Shown: positions 9,748 to 19,875 of the stretch, in pieces
How positions within the stretch are numbered: the first letter of the stretch is position 1
Layout: each line of letters opens with the position of its first letter
Sequence record: PQ553088
Origin: Escherichia phage OES_C-1
DNA: 64,000 bases
Direction: 5' to 3' (one strand)
The notes under the pieces: model-generated
What the model was told of the DNA's origin: nothing
What the model saw: the letters and a program-made list of their open reading frames with translations, nothing else
Databases searched by the model: none
Position numbers and translations under genes: made by a program

Positions 9748-10115
9748 TTAAATTTAATGGCTTGAAGAAGACTAATAATTCTCAAACGGCTTCTTTCATC
9801 TTTAACCGTAAATGAAAGAGGGTCGCCAGATTTCATAGTGATGGTGCATTCAAAATCAAAATCTTCTGTAACTTCTTCGAATAGGTCAAATTCTTCATCA
9901 TAAATTAGAACATTACTCTGAAAACTGTGAAGAATTTTTCCATCATTTCCAGATGCTGTACTAATCATTGTAACATTATTACCTTTCATATCTTCAACGA
10001 TAAATTCGCTTGTAGATATTACATTACTAATAGAACCATTCCTATAAATAGCAGAAAATAGATATTTCTTTTCTTCACCTTCGCGAATGCGATATTTCTT
10101 ACCGATTTTAAACAT
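9744..10115 (-). CDS. hypothetical protein (123 aa)
   Basis: Track ORF, translationally coupled to upstream ORF. Confidence 0.5.
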   Translation of the reverse strand: MFKIGKKYRIREGEEKKYLFSAIYRNGSISNVISTSEFIVEDMKGNNVTMISTASGNDGKILHSFQSNVLIYDEEFDLFEEVTEDFDFECTITMKSGDPLSFTVKDERSRLRIISLLQAIKFK

Positions 10116-10117
10116 AA

Positions 10118-10294
10118 TTATCCTTTAAGTAAGTCGTAAAATCCACCATTCACATGCTTAGGAGCAGAAGGCCGACGAGTAGACAAACGATGACATTTAG
10201 GGCAAACATCATTTTCTCGTTCAGAAATCTTTTTAATTTTTTCATATTCATGCCCACAATCTTCGGATTGGCATTTATAATCATACATTGGCAT
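10118..10294 (-). CDS. zinc-ribbon protein (58 aa; CxxC...CxxC)
   Basis: Hand translation MPMYDYKCQSEDCGHEYEKIKKISERENDVCPKCHRL... Confidence 0.45.
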   Translation of the reverse strand: MPMYDYKCQSEDCGHEYEKIKKISERENDVCPKCHRLSTRRPSAPKHVNGGFYDLLKG

Positions 10295-10296
10295 AA

Positions 10297-10716
10297 TTAT
10301 TCCTTAAAATGTGCTTTCAACATCTGATACAAGGACCATGCCTGTTCATTATTTTCAATAGTAACTTTCATTACCGGGAATTCTGTGAAATCTTTTATTT
10401 GTTCTTGCTCTTCCTGCTCTTGTTCTTCAGCTGCCTGGTATGGATTTTCCACTTCATCAAAGAACCCGGCTTCGTCAGTAGAAAGCCAGATAAAGTTTTC
10501 GTCAAGGATATCGCCATGTTTTGCATATCCAATTGTGCCAGTAGATAACATAATTTTAGTAGGACGCCCAAGATAATCAGCATCTAAAATTTTAAAAGGT
10601 TCCATACCTAAACGTCGTGCATAGATTCTGTTATCAGTATGGTCTTTAATAAAATTTTCTTGAGCTTGTTTATTTTTAAATTGATACCATTTATTAACTT
10701 CAAATCTAATAGCCAT
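10297..10716 (-). CDS. hypothetical protein (139 aa; acidic [10 protein letters not shown] tract)
   Basis: Track ORF. Confidence 0.5.
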   Translation of the reverse strand: MAIRFEVNKWYQFKNKQAQENFIKDHTDNRIYARRLGMEPFKILDADYLGRPTKIMLSTGTIGYAKHGDILDENFIWLSTDEAGFFDEVENPYQAAEEQEQEEQEQIKDFTEFPVMKVTIENNEQAWSLYQMLKAHFKE

Positions 10717-10931
10717 TAATAAATTTCCTTCCAGTAAGTTGTGCCATCTTCAGTAATTTCACGAAATACACCGTAAATTGGTTGTTTATCACCAACCTTT
10801 TCATACACATAAACCGAAGTCAAGTGAGTAAACTTGCTAGTATGTTCTTTTTGAACCACTACCAAATCTGGATCAAATAATACATCTTCAAATTCGTCAT
10901 TAGTGCAGTTCTGAACAATTTTACGTTTCAT
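10716..10931 (-). CDS. hypothetical protein (71 aa)
   Basis: Track ORF, GAGGAAA SD. Confidence 0.45.
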   Translation of the reverse strand: MKRKIVQNCTNDEFEDVLFDPDLVVVQKEHTSKFTHLTSVYVYEKVGDKQPIYGVFREITEDGTTYWKEIY

Positions 10932-11030
10932 TACAATTTCCTCATTAATTGAACATTGGAGTGATGCGTTTCAGAAGAGTAGCAGCACCTTTGGCAAATT
11001 TTCCATTTTATTCTCCAAGTTGTTTTCTGT

Positions 11031-11073
11031 ATCAGTAGTTGATATTGATATAGTACCATAATCAACTACTGAT
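11031..11073. repeat. perfect 13-bp inverted repeat (atcagtagttgat / atcaactactgat) with 17-nt spacer containing tatagtacc promoter core
   Basis: Read directly from sequence. Confidence 0.7.
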
Positions 11074-11103
11074 GTATATAGTTTTATGAAAAAATTTTAA
11101 ACT

Positions 11104-11592
11104 TTATGCATAGAGAGCTTTGCTATAATGTTTAATCCAACTTTCAGGAATGACTTTGTATGTTCCTAAAAATACCGCGTTGTACAACTTAACACCATCT
11201 TCTACCCACTGATCGGTAATGTATGCGCACATAGCACGAGTATAAACAGCCGCACCATCATCTTTGATAAATTTAAATTCATGGGGAGCAATGAACTTAA
11301 TAGCCTGACCGAGTTTCCACTTAAAGTCTACACCTACATGCGAAGTATCAATCGTTTCAATTCCTTTAGCAGGAACAGCTTTCAAAAACGCAGATTCAAG
11401 AAATTTCGCACGAACATAGCCAAACTGAGGTTTAGACTTTCCATCTTTAGGAATGATACGCACTTTTACTTCAGAATCTTCATCTTTAACGCCATGTTTA
11501 AGCTGAATGCTTACAATTTCAACTAATTTTCCTGCTGCTTTAGAACGGGATTTATCAGATACACGAGCAATTTCACCAATATTAATAATCAT
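11104..11592 (-). CDS. hypothetical protein (162 aa; motB position)
   Basis: Track ORF; length equals T4 MotB but sequence not verified. Confidence 0.45.
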   Translation of the reverse strand: MIINIGEIARVSDKSRSKAAGKLVEIVSIQLKHGVKDEDSEVKVRIIPKDGKSKPQFGYVRAKFLESAFLKAVPAKGIETIDTSHVGVDFKWKLGQAIKFIAPHEFKFIKDDGAAVYTRAMCAYITDQWVEDGVKLYNAVFLGTYKVIPESWIKHYSKALYA

Positions 11593-11668
11593 AGTTATCT
11601 CTCACTTGTTAAAAAGATTTTATACTCCACAGGACCATTATACTCTGGTCCCAAGAGTTTGTAAACTA

Positions 11669-12208
11669 TTACTTCAAAATAGCTACCACCGCACTACGAG
11701 GTACTACACTAAAATCACCTGCATGAACAACGTTCAGAAGTTCAACACCATCTTCAATCCACTGGTCTGTTACCCAGCCACAGACCGAAATAAATGGGGT
11801 CTTGATAGCTACAGCACGAGTTAGAAGGTCAGTAGGATCGCATTCTTGGAAGAGGATGAACTCTGCTTCAAAGACTATAGTTTTAATTACTTCATCATTA
11901 TCTAAGCGTTGTGCTCGAATCACGTAAGCTTTATTCTTATCATGCCAATTACTTTTTGAAAAACTTTTAACCACAAACTCGCCTTCACCAAAAACATTAG
12001 TCAATGCTTTATAACCCAAATTTAGTTCAGTAGTTTTAATTTCAGTTTCAACCAGTTTGTAGGTTTTGCCGATTTCAATAGCGGTAGTCATAGCAGGTTC
12101 CTTAATTTCCAGTGGTTTAACAGGGCATACATAAGTACTTACAACGTCAAAATCAATCAGTTTAGCTACCGGATTTGGTGTGTATTCAGGATTATAATTA
12201 AATTTCAT
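11669..12208 (-). CDS. hypothetical protein (179 aa); C-terminal motif shared with 11104..11592
   Basis: VTDQWIEDGVELLNVV vs ITDQWVEDGVKLYNAV. Confidence 0.5.
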   Translation of the reverse strand: MKFNYNPEYTPNPVAKLIDFDVVSTYVCPVKPLEIKEPAMTTAIEIGKTYKLVETEIKTTELNLGYKALTNVFGEGEFVVKSFSKSNWHDKNKAYVIRAQRLDNDEVIKTIVFEAEFILFQECDPTDLLTRAVAIKTPFISVCGWVTDQWIEDGVELLNVVHAGDFSVVPRSAVVAILK

Positions 12209-12210
12209 AT

Positions 12211-12750
12211 TTATCTCATTTCAATAAAATCTACGAGTTCAGCATGCGATTTGCGGAACATTACTTGGTGCCTGCCAATGATAACTTGATCATCTGGAAC
12301 TTCGTATACAGCGAGATAAAATCCTTTAGAAGATAATTCTTCGCGTTCTTCTCGTGTGAACCATCTCATCATATCATATTCGCTAGCGAAAGCAAAATGA
12401 TAAAGAGCTATAAACCATCCTGGAATATGATATTCTACTCCAACATAATCTTTCTTGAACTTAGTATTAATTACTATATTAGCGTTTTTAACTAATAGTT
12501 TATCTTCGTGTGGTAAAGGAATTCTTTTATTATCATCACTATGATGCATAAAATTAGGTCTATCATAACCTACGTGTAATAACCACTCTTCGCTCCATGA
12601 ATCTATTATACTCCTGTACGGCGTTATTTGAACACAAAGATTTCGACGTATTGTTATAGCATCTTCATAATTAAGAATACTAAAAGATGATTCAACACGA
12701 TAAATTTTCATTTTATTATCCTCAGTAGCTATGGTGTTATAATACCACAA
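12211..12750 (-). CDS. hypothetical protein (179 aa)
   Basis: Track ORF. Confidence 0.5.
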   Translation of the reverse strand: MWYYNTIATEDNKMKIYRVESSFSILNYEDAITIRRNLCVQITPYRSIIDSWSEEWLLHVGYDRPNFMHHSDDNKRIPLPHEDKLLVKNANIVINTKFKKDYVGVEYHIPGWFIALYHFAFASEYDMMRWFTREEREELSSKGFYLAVYEVPDDQVIIGRHQVMFRKSHAELVDFIEMR

Positions 12751-12770
12751 CTAACCGAGGAAGTAAACAA
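12737..12770 (-). promoter_or_regulatory. T4-type early promoter
   Basis: gtaaac 12763-12768, ataata 12739-12744, 18-nt spacer. Confidence 0.55.
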
Positions 12771-12774
12771 CTTT

Positions 12775-13458
12775 TTATCGTTTTGTTGGAAGAGACAGAG
12801 GATCGCACTCTTCCTCTGACGGAGCATCTTCAAGACCCATAGCATATCGCAAAGCATACTTCATCATCAGGATGTCTTTCGCACAGTCATGAATAGAATC
12901 ATGTGCAACGAATCCATCTAAAGTTCCCTTTGGAAGAGGACACGTGGTCATATCACGAACAAGCAGAAGTGCTTCAATTCTGGTACGAATATCACGTTGA
13001 TTCCAGAATTTACATGGTTCTAACTTAAATGTATCAAGCTCATTCTCAGATACACCATTGAGACGCTGAATATCGCGAATGAGATCGACTAAAATTGGAA
13101 AATCAAATGACATTCCACGGCACCAGCCTTGAGATTTCCAAGGATCGATGTTATGTGCATTGATGTAATCATTAAATTTTACAATACCATCGATAGTGCT
13201 TACATCTTCATCTGATGGTGCAATATTTTTTCGAGCTTCAGGAGACTGATTTTTCCACCATTCGATGGTGCTTTTAGTAAAAAGACGATGTCCTTTTTGG
13301 CTTTTTAAATCAAACTTGATTTTAATGCCGCGTGAAACTAATTCATCAAACGTTTCAACTACTTCTGGGTTAGGGTCAAAGGCAATAACAGCCAAATCAA
13401 TAACAGCTGCCTTTTCACCACTTCCCATTGTTTCAAAATCTATAATAAAATCAAACAT
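12775..13458 (-). CDS. dexA: exonuclease A (DexA; DEDDh 3'-5' exonuclease), 227 aa
   Basis: MFDFIIDFETMGSGEKAAVIDLAVIAF...; position upstream of dda. Confidence 0.8.
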   Translation of the reverse strand: MFDFIIDFETMGSGEKAAVIDLAVIAFDPNPEVVETFDELVSRGIKIKFDLKSQKGHRLFTKSTIEWWKNQSPEARKNIAPSDEDVSTIDGIVKFNDYINAHNIDPWKSQGWCRGMSFDFPILVDLIRDIQRLNGVSENELDTFKLEPCKFWNQRDIRTRIEALLLVRDMTTCPLPKGTLDGFVAHDSIHDCAKDILMMKYALRYAMGLEDAPSEEECDPLSLPTKR

Positions 13459-13733
13459 TAAATTTTCCTCGCTAAATCGCGAATTTGACCTACAGTATAA
13501 TCTTGGATATAAACTTTATTAATGGGCTCATCAATAAATTTTGCCATAGATTCAATATCTTTTTGTATCTCTTCAAGACTGTATACTATCTTTGAAGCTT
13601 TTTCGCGAATAGTAACATTATCAGGTCCTGGATTTTCCTCAATGACAGCTTTAACATTTGTCATAAGAGATTTAAATTGGTGTAAACTTAATTCAATCAT
13701 TAATAACCGCCTTATAAAGATGGCTAATTTCAC
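13458..13733 (-). CDS. hypothetical protein (91 aa)
   Basis: Track ORF. Confidence 0.45.
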   Translation of the reverse strand: MKLAIFIRRLLMIELSLHQFKSLMTNVKAVIEENPGPDNVTIREKASKIVYSLEEIQKDIESMAKFIDEPINKVYIQDYTVGQIRDLARKI

Positions 13734-13953
13734 CTAAAACATAATCACTAATTGTAACAGTTTTCACTTCGCCACAAAAGAATTCTAACGCAATCAAATC
13801 TCGTTCGATTTCTTCCAATTGAAGCATTAACTTGCCTGATTCAATTTTCACGTTTTTGCGATTTTTACTATAAGCTATTTCATAAATTTCGCTCACTTTA
13901 TCTTGAAGTAGATAAAACTGGTCTTTAGTTATTTCCACGAATAGCTTCCTCAA
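13693..13953 (-). CDS. hypothetical protein (86 aa)
   Basis: Track ORF. Confidence 0.45.
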   Translation of the reverse strand: MRKLFVEITKDQFYLLQDKVSEIYEIAYSKNRKNVKIESGKLMLQLEEIERDLIALEFFCGEVKTVTISDYVLGEISHLYKAVIND

Positions 13954-13959
13954 ATTTAA

Positions 13960-15279
13960 TCATACATAAAACACATCATAACGACCACGTGTTACACCAA
14001 CATAAAGAAGCTGCTGAGCTAGTTCAGCATCTGCATAATGAATGCAAGGTGTATAAATGAAAGCACGATCTACAGACATGCCCTGAGCTTTATGGAATGT
14101 TGATGCAGGAAGTGCTTTCACTTTACTAAACTGTGATTTAGCATCCCAAAAATCACTCCACGGAGCTTTTCCGCCTTTATTCCAATTTTTATAAGTTTCT
14201 GCCGTTTTACCTAAAAATAAGTTAAACTTATACAGCTCTTCATCAGATGAAATTATTTTAATCTTTTCACGATAATATTCATCATCGCCGTAAGTTTCTA
14301 CTGTTAAATCCCAATGACGAATTAGATATTCTCCAGGAACACCACGAGCTTTAACAAATGTTGATGTATATTCTGCTTCTATAATACGAACTAACTGTCC
14401 GTTATTAAAAATAATTTCTGACACAGGCTTTCCATCAATTTTATATGTTTTAATTAACGGTTCCTGCATTACAATAATTTCACCGACAATAAAATCTTTA
14501 TCAGTTTCAAAAATCTTTTTACGAATAATGCTATTTAACTTATCAACAGATTTATTCGTAAATGCCATTACACGATTTTCAAACAAATCATCTAGCGATT
14601 TTACGATTGAAAAATAATTTACCATAAAATCGCGTAAAGCGGTATCACCAGTAAATCCACGTACTCCATGCCCGTCAACAATTTTATCATAAATCCACTT
14701 ACCGTTGCGAACATCAGTAGCTACATCAATAATAGGAGCATTACTGCGTTTAACTTCAGTGAGTTCACATTGATAAAAATCTTTGTGCGTAAAGAATGGA
14801 CTGATATAAGCAGTGTTTTCTCCTGGGTCAACAGGTCTAATTTGCTTATTATCGCCTATTCCAATTATAGTACACCAAGGTGGAATAGTTGAAAGCAGAA
14901 TTTTAAATAGCTTTCTATCATACATTGATACTTCGTCGCAGATTAATACTCTGCATTTAGCCAAATCTGGTACTTCTTTTTGCTCAAAAAGAACGTTTTC
15001 TTCGTATGTTACAGGGTTAATTTTAAGAATACTGTGAATAGTACTCGCTTCTTTCCCTGATAGTTTTGAAAGAATCTTTTTAGCTGCATGTGTAGGAGCT
15101 GCTAAAATAATGCCAGTTTCGCCTGTAGATATTAAAGCTTCAATGATGAACTTAGTAAGAGTAGTCTTACCAGTACCGGCAGGTCCATTAATAGTTACAT
15201 GATGTTTCTTTTCTTTAATAGCCCTCATAACAATGTTAAAGGCATTTTTCTGGCCTTCGGTCAAATCATCAAATGTCAT
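13960..15279 (-). CDS. dda: Dda DNA helicase (SF1), 439 aa
   Basis: Walker A GPAGTGKTT, MTFDDLTEGQKNAFNIVMRAIKEKKHHVTINGPAGTGKTTL... Confidence 0.9.
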   Translation of the reverse strand: MTFDDLTEGQKNAFNIVMRAIKEKKHHVTINGPAGTGKTTLTKFIIEALISTGETGIILAAPTHAAKKILSKLSGKEASTIHSILKINPVTYEENVLFEQKEVPDLAKCRVLICDEVSMYDRKLFKILLSTIPPWCTIIGIGDNKQIRPVDPGENTAYISPFFTHKDFYQCELTEVKRSNAPIIDVATDVRNGKWIYDKIVDGHGVRGFTGDTALRDFMVNYFSIVKSLDDLFENRVMAFTNKSVDKLNSIIRKKIFETDKDFIVGEIIVMQEPLIKTYKIDGKPVSEIIFNNGQLVRIIEAEYTSTFVKARGVPGEYLIRHWDLTVETYGDDEYYREKIKIISSDEELYKFNLFLGKTAETYKNWNKGGKAPWSDFWDAKSQFSKVKALPASTFHKAQGMSVDRAFIYTPCIHYADAELAQQLLYVGVTRGRYDVFYV

Positions 15280-15587
15280 CGTAAATTCCCTGCAATTGGT
15301 ATACTAACAATACGCCCAGTATCTAGAATTCGTTGATATAATCTTTGTGTATCTACATCAGGCTTAACATGTTTAACTTCTATTTTATTAAACCAAAATT
15401 TACGTGGAGTCTCAACTAATCTTGGAATTCCTTTACCTAAAGCTAGTCGATACTGCTCTTTAAGAGTGGTAAATACTTTATCAGCAATCTTCCATTCAAA
15501 AAATACAGCAGGACGATGTTCATCAAGCGGAACTGGCGCCGTAAATCCGTCTTTGTCTCGGTAAACTATCGCATATACATAAACCAT
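15276..15587 (-). CDS. hypothetical protein (103 aa)
   Basis: Track ORF overlapping dda start. Confidence 0.5.
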   Translation of the reverse strand: MVYVYAIVYRDKDGFTAPVPLDEHRPAVFFEWKIADKVFTTLKEQYRLALGKGIPRLVETPRKFWFNKIEVKHVKPDVDTQRLYQRILDTGRIVSIPIAGNLR

Positions 15588-15588
15588 A

Positions 15589-16335
15589 TTATCCTCGGAT
15601 AAGTTTAAAAATTGAACAATTTAGCGGGTATCCTCTTTTCAGTTTAAGTTTATCAATAAAAGACAAATTTTGATACCGCTCTACACCTTGAATAATTTTA
15701 TCACACATATCATATTGCATTTCTGCTTCTGACAGCTTTTTCACAATTTTCCAATCCGAGCCTTTAAGAAGAACGTTCAATTTAACAACTTCAGCGCCTT
15801 CTGCTATGCGAGAACCATCAATACGTGCTTTAAGTGCTATAATCCTTAGCTTAATGTCAGAGGTCTGTTTTGATTTAGAAAGCTGAGAAATGTGTTCAAT
15901 TCGGTTTTCACGTTTTTTCTGTATAGCTTTAATTTGATTATAAGTCTTTTTGATTTTAGCCCATTTCTTTTCATCTAAATTTAGTTTATGAACTTTTTTC
16001 GCAGATGAACGACCAATTCGCAAAGCAAATAAATCACGCTTTTCAATCAACTCTTCTAAAGTATAATCAGAACGAAATGTATTATACTTTTTCTTTACTG
16101 CAATAACATTCCCTTTAATGTATCCAACGTTATTATCAAAACGTTCTAATGATAATTTCTCTCCTTCAATACGATTATCAAAAGGTTCTCCCGAGTAAGC
16201 ACAAACTTTTTGATCTAAAATGTTCTTAATGTAATTGAAGTCTAAGTTAAAATCTTTAGAACGTCTTTTTGCAGATGCCTGAGTATGCTCTAGACGACGT
16301 TTAATTTTACGAATTTGGTTATTAGACAGCTTCAT
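15589..16335 (-). CDS. srd: Srd-like protein (248 aa)
   Basis: Position between dda and modA and length as T4 srd; sequence identity not checked. Confidence 0.45.
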   Translation of the reverse strand: MKLSNNQIRKIKRRLEHTQASAKRRSKDFNLDFNYIKNILDQKVCAYSGEPFDNRIEGEKLSLERFDNNVGYIKGNVIAVKKKYNTFRSDYTLEELIEKRDLFALRIGRSSAKKVHKLNLDEKKWAKIKKTYNQIKAIQKKRENRIEHISQLSKSKQTSDIKLRIIALKARIDGSRIAEGAEVVKLNVLLKGSDWKIVKKLSEAEMQYDMCDKIIQGVERYQNLSFIDKLKLKRGYPLNCSIFKLIRG

Positions 16336-16369
16336 ATTTTTCTCACATCTTACGGACGGTTAACTACTT

Positions 16370-16403
16370 ATACTATAACATTTTTACTTCAGCTTGTAAA
16401 CAA
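16370..16403 (-). promoter_or_regulatory. T4-type early promoter
   Basis: gtaaac 16396-16401 with 18-nt spacer to -10. Confidence 0.5.
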
Positions 16404-16457
16404 CTTTATGAAAAATGCTTTAAAACTTTCATGGTATAATGAATCTAAGTCCTTCCA

Positions 16458-17060
16458 TTATAGATTAAATCCTTCAAAGTCAAGAGTATAGATAGTGTAC
16501 GTTGAATACTTTTTATACTCATATCTATCTGCAATTCTAAATACACTTCCAGCTGGTATCATTACTTCTTGTTCATCTGAAACTAATTCCATATTACGAT
16601 AGCGATGGCTATCTGGAAACTTAAAACTTGGACTATATTCTTTACAACGTAGAGCTTTTATAGCATACTCCTGGAAATTAAACACCATAGGAGCTTTGAA
16701 TTCAAAAATAACTTGTGTGTTGTATTCTAATCCAGAAGCAAAATGTAGAGCTATATTTTTATCATATGAAGCTGATACTACTTTATCAAATGTAATAATA
16801 TCAATTCCTTGATTTAACACCTGTTTAGTCTCAACTGGAACACCTCTCCAAAGAGGTTTATCGTTTGGAACCAAACGAGATTTGACTATTTCATTTAACC
16901 AAGAATGATCGTCTGGTTTATTAGTAATACAATGAATTAAAAGTTCAATTTCAGATAAATTAAATCCTTCAGAAAGTAATTCTTCACGAATAGAAGCACG
17001 CACCGATGCATCCATTGATTTGATTTTAAAATCTTTTAATTGCATTGCTGAATATTTCAT
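16458..17060 (-). CDS. modA: ADP-ribosyltransferase ModA-like (200 aa)
   Basis: Length and position as T4 modA; tandem paralog of next ORF. Confidence 0.65.
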   Translation of the reverse strand: MKYSAMQLKDFKIKSMDASVRASIREELLSEGFNLSEIELLIHCITNKPDDHSWLNEIVKSRLVPNDKPLWRGVPVETKQVLNQGIDIITFDKVVSASYDKNIALHFASGLEYNTQVIFEFKAPMVFNFQEYAIKALRCKEYSPSFKFPDSHRYRNMELVSDEQEVMIPAGSVFRIADRYEYKKYSTYTIYTLDFEGFNL

Positions 17061-17692
17061 TCAACTACCTCAATATCATACACTTTAAATGTTCCAAATG
17101 AATCGTGTAATTTTTCTTTTGAAATAGAAGTTATTTTATACTTTCCAATTGGAATCATCCATTCTTGTTCACGTACAATCATCATTAAGTTATCAGTACG
17201 TTCTGAATCTAATCCATCAGTATCTTCATATGTATACTTAAACTCAGTATTAGGAGAAGAAAGTATAATATCGCTGATATGGTCAGAATAATTAAAAGCT
17301 TTATCAGTTTTTAAGCGAAATATTATTTCAGTGAAATACTCAACATAAGAAAAACCACACGCGGTGTGCAAACTAGTAGTAAATGAATCTACCCTGTTCG
17401 TTGAAAACACTTCTCCGACTTGTAAATCTTTAATGAGCTCTTTTGTCGATTTTGATATACCACGATATAGCTGATAAGGCGATTTAGTTAAATGCTTTTT
17501 AACGATTTTATTCAACTGCCGATGAAGAGCTTCATTCTTTTTGGCTTCCATACACTGCCAAAGAACTGACTGTTCAAAGTCAGTAAATTTTTCACAGACC
17601 TTTTTGTACATATCATATTGAAAATCAACACTTTCAGCTTTTATAGATAACTGTTCAACATCTGCAAGATTAATAATCATGATAGCCTCCAT
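17057..17692 (-). CDS. modB: ADP-ribosyltransferase ModB-like (211 aa)
   Basis: Tandem paralog, overlapping stop/start with modA. Confidence 0.65.
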   Translation of the reverse strand: MEAIMIINLADVEQLSIKAESVDFQYDMYKKVCEKFTDFEQSVLWQCMEAKKNEALHRQLNKIVKKHLTKSPYQLYRGISKSTKELIKDLQVGEVFSTNRVDSFTTSLHTACGFSYVEYFTEIIFRLKTDKAFNYSDHISDIILSSPNTEFKYTYEDTDGLDSERTDNLMMIVREQEWMIPIGKYKITSISKEKLHDSFGTFKVYDIEVVE

Positions 17693-17704
17693 ATACTTCA
17701 GAAG

Positions 17705-17738
17705 CTATCATATCATTGTTAGGAAGGAAAGTAAACAA
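17705..17738 (-). promoter_or_regulatory. T4-type early promoter
   Basis: gtaaac 17731-17736. Confidence 0.5.
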
Positions 17739-17747
17739 CTTTTTGAA

Positions 17748-17930
17748 TTATTTTGCCCAGGGAGCCCAAGGCGGAGGGTCAAGATGGTATGAAGCTAGTT
17801 CTTCTAGAAGAGCATCTGGGGCTTCAATTCCATAATTCTGTAATACTATACGGTACTCTTTCTTATAATCACTAGAATCATTCTGGTTATTCGTAGAATG
17901 ATTATCTTCTAACATCTCAAATAAATCCAT
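17748..17930 (-). CDS. hypothetical protein (60 aa)
   Basis: Track ORF. Confidence 0.4.
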   Translation of the reverse strand: MDLFEMLEDNHSTNNQNDSSDYKKEYRIVLQNYGIEAPDALLEELASYHLDPPPWAPWAK

Positions 17931-17938
17931 ATTAATTC

Positions 17939-18409
17939 CTAGCGATAAAAACCAAATTGACGATTAGCTTCAATAATCTTTCTTTCTTCTTCGGACATTC
18001 TCCAGCGTAGTCCAACATCAAAATGAGCCCAGACCATCTTAACAAATGCATTTATATCTTTAATATCTTCAATAATGAATGTTTTACTTTTCGAAGGTTG
18101 ACTCGCTAATTTAACTTTATCGTCTTCAAACAGGTCAAAAAGACCATATTCATGAGCTCTTTTATAGCCTTTAATAGTTAAAGCTTCAGAAGAAGAAAAC
18201 GGTGAATCAGTATTCTGCAAAATATCTTCAGTATGCTTTATAATTAGAATAACATTTTCTGGATATTTTCTTTCTTTTATATCTTTAATTAAAAGATCCG
18301 GATTTTCTGCTAAAGGAATAATTAATGAGCACTTTTTATCAAGCGTATTTACTGATTTACCTTCTTTAGACATAAATTCTATTGAATAATGTTTTGCTAC
18401 TTCAATCAT
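17939..18409 (-). CDS. hypothetical protein (156 aa)
   Basis: Track ORF. Confidence 0.5.
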   Translation of the reverse strand: MIEVAKHYSIEFMSKEGKSVNTLDKKCSLIIPLAENPDLLIKDIKERKYPENVILIIKHTEDILQNTDSPFSSSEALTIKGYKRAHEYGLFDLFEDDKVKLASQPSKSKTFIIEDIKDINAFVKMVWAHFDVGLRWRMSEEERKIIEANRQFGFYR

Positions 18410-18562
18410 GTGATTTCCTCTTGCCTACTAATGGGCCGTCAGGAATTTTGTTTTCCTGGATATATTTCTCATTTTCTTCCATCATTTTACTACCGATTTT
18501 AAGAAGCAAATCCATTGCTTCATTTGCTTTAGCTTTAGCCTCTTCTAACGTCATATCTCTGT

Positions 18563-18766
18563 TCATGATTTATCCCCATAGATGTCTCTCATCAATTTAA
18601 GCGCTGAGCGTTCTAATTTCTTTTCTTTCTCGGCACTAATCATTGATTTCATCCATTCTTCTGATTCGTTCTGCATTTCTTTATTTGCTTGTTCAACCCA
18701 ACCATCGTCAATGTACATTGAGTTTGGTCTATTGAACCATTCAAACATTTTCTTCAGAACTTTCAT
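18563..18766 (-). CDS. hypothetical protein (67 aa)
   Basis: Track ORF. Confidence 0.4.
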   Translation of the reverse strand: MKVLKKMFEWFNRPNSMYIDDGWVEQANKEMQNESEEWMKSMISAEKEKKLERSALKLMRDIYGDKS

Positions 18767-19238
18767 TTATTTTACCTAAAACAACAGTAGGAGCATCGTC
18801 AAATTTATGAATTTTTAGCAAATTTGGATTTAAATTATTCCATAAAGAGGTAATAAAATATGATAGCGCATTTTCTTCCGTAATTATAAATTTATTTCCC
18901 TTATCTATTTTCCAGTCATATATTGAATCATATGAATATAATGGCAACGGTTTATTGTTATAATATGCTTCAGCAACATCAATATAGTTAGATTTAGTAA
19001 ATGCCTGAATTGACATAAATGGAGAATTTCGTACAGTTTCAATAATTCCGATCTTTTTAAGTTTTATTTCAACATCTTCTGGAACTGGCATTGAAATAAA
19101 ATCTTCTACTAGATACATGCTATTATCATATCTTTTATCAATCATTACTGCTACGGTAATTGGAACGTCTTTAGCAAACGACATACTATTACTGCTAATA
19201 TACATTTCAAACAAAATCGCTTCCATAATTTTCCTCAA
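18741..19238 (-). CDS. hypothetical protein (165 aa)
   Basis: Track ORF. Confidence 0.5.
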   Translation of the reverse strand: MRKIMEAILFEMYISSNSMSFAKDVPITVAVMIDKRYDNSMYLVEDFISMPVPEDVEIKLKKIGIIETVRNSPFMSIQAFTKSNYIDVAEAYYNNKPLPLYSYDSIYDWKIDKGNKFIITEENALSYFITSLWNNLNPNLLKIHKFDDAPTVVLGKINESSEENV

Positions 19239-19573
19239 TCACAAGATGTAGATGAACAACTAGAATCACAAGAACTTCCACACGAATCGCCCGTCCATAC
19301 ATGAACAGGAACATTAGTGTCATATGAATCAGAACTAGACTGTGTATTCTGCGTATTAGATGATGTAGGTGTTGACCAACGCCAAGGATTTTTATAATAT
19401 TCCTGGGCTTCTTCATAAGTCATAGTAACTGCTTCTACTGTTCCATCTCCCATATAAACATATTCAACTACAGTTAAAGGAAGGTAGTCATTTGAAATAG
19501 GAACTACACCTTCTCCGGGAGTTGTAGAGAAAAAATCCGTAAAGAAACTTTTAAACCAATTAAAGATAAACAT
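19235..19573 (-). CDS. hypothetical protein with Ser/Cys-rich C-terminus (112 aa)
   Basis: C-terminus ...[21 protein letters not shown]. Confidence 0.45.
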   Translation of the reverse strand: MFIFNWFKSFFTDFFSTTPGEGVVPISNDYLPLTVVEYVYMGDGTVEAVTMTYEEAQEYYKNPWRWSTPTSSNTQNTQSSSDSYDTNVPVHVWTGDSCGSSCDSSCSSTSCD

Positions 19574-19779
19574 TACAAAAAGCCTCTTTTGAATTCGACT
19601 TGCTTCTCGCCATAATCATATCGAATCTCTGCGTTAAATTCGACAGAACCATCTGCGTACATCATAAATGAATGCACAACAACTTCTGTAGACCATGGTT
19701 GTAGTTCATATTTCTTCATTACATGCCGTGAAATGATAATATCTAAATCTTCATTTGGTTTAATCCAACGATTTAACAT
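19573..19779 (-). CDS. hypothetical protein (68 aa)
   Basis: Track ORF downstream of early promoter. Confidence 0.45.
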   Translation of the reverse strand: MLNRWIKPNEDLDIIISRHVMKKYELQPWSTEVVVHSFMMYADGSVEFNAEIRYDYGEKQVEFKRGFL

Positions 19780-19805
19780 AGTGCTCTCCTCTATAAGATA
19801 ATTCT

Positions 19806-19835
19806 ATTATACCATACTCATTTTGGAAAGTAAAC
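19806..19835 (-). promoter_or_regulatory. T4-type early promoter (TATAAT -10)
   Basis: gtaaac 19830-19835, attata 19806-19811, 18-nt spacer. Confidence 0.55.
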
Positions 19836-19850
19836 CAGTAAAATGAAAAA

Positions 19851-19870
19851 AGGACTCCCGAAGGAGTCCT
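19851..19870 (-). terminator. UUCG-tetraloop hairpin downstream of soc
   Basis: aggactcccgaaggagtcct. Confidence 0.55.
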
Positions 19871-19875
19871 TGAAT

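Noticed and set aside
19207-19416. 69-aa minus-strand ORF rich in His/Leu/Val
   Set aside because: Overlaps 19235..19573 in another frame with no separate ribosome-binding site; more likely a frame artefact, though it is kept as an alternative in the finding on the Cys-rich tail.
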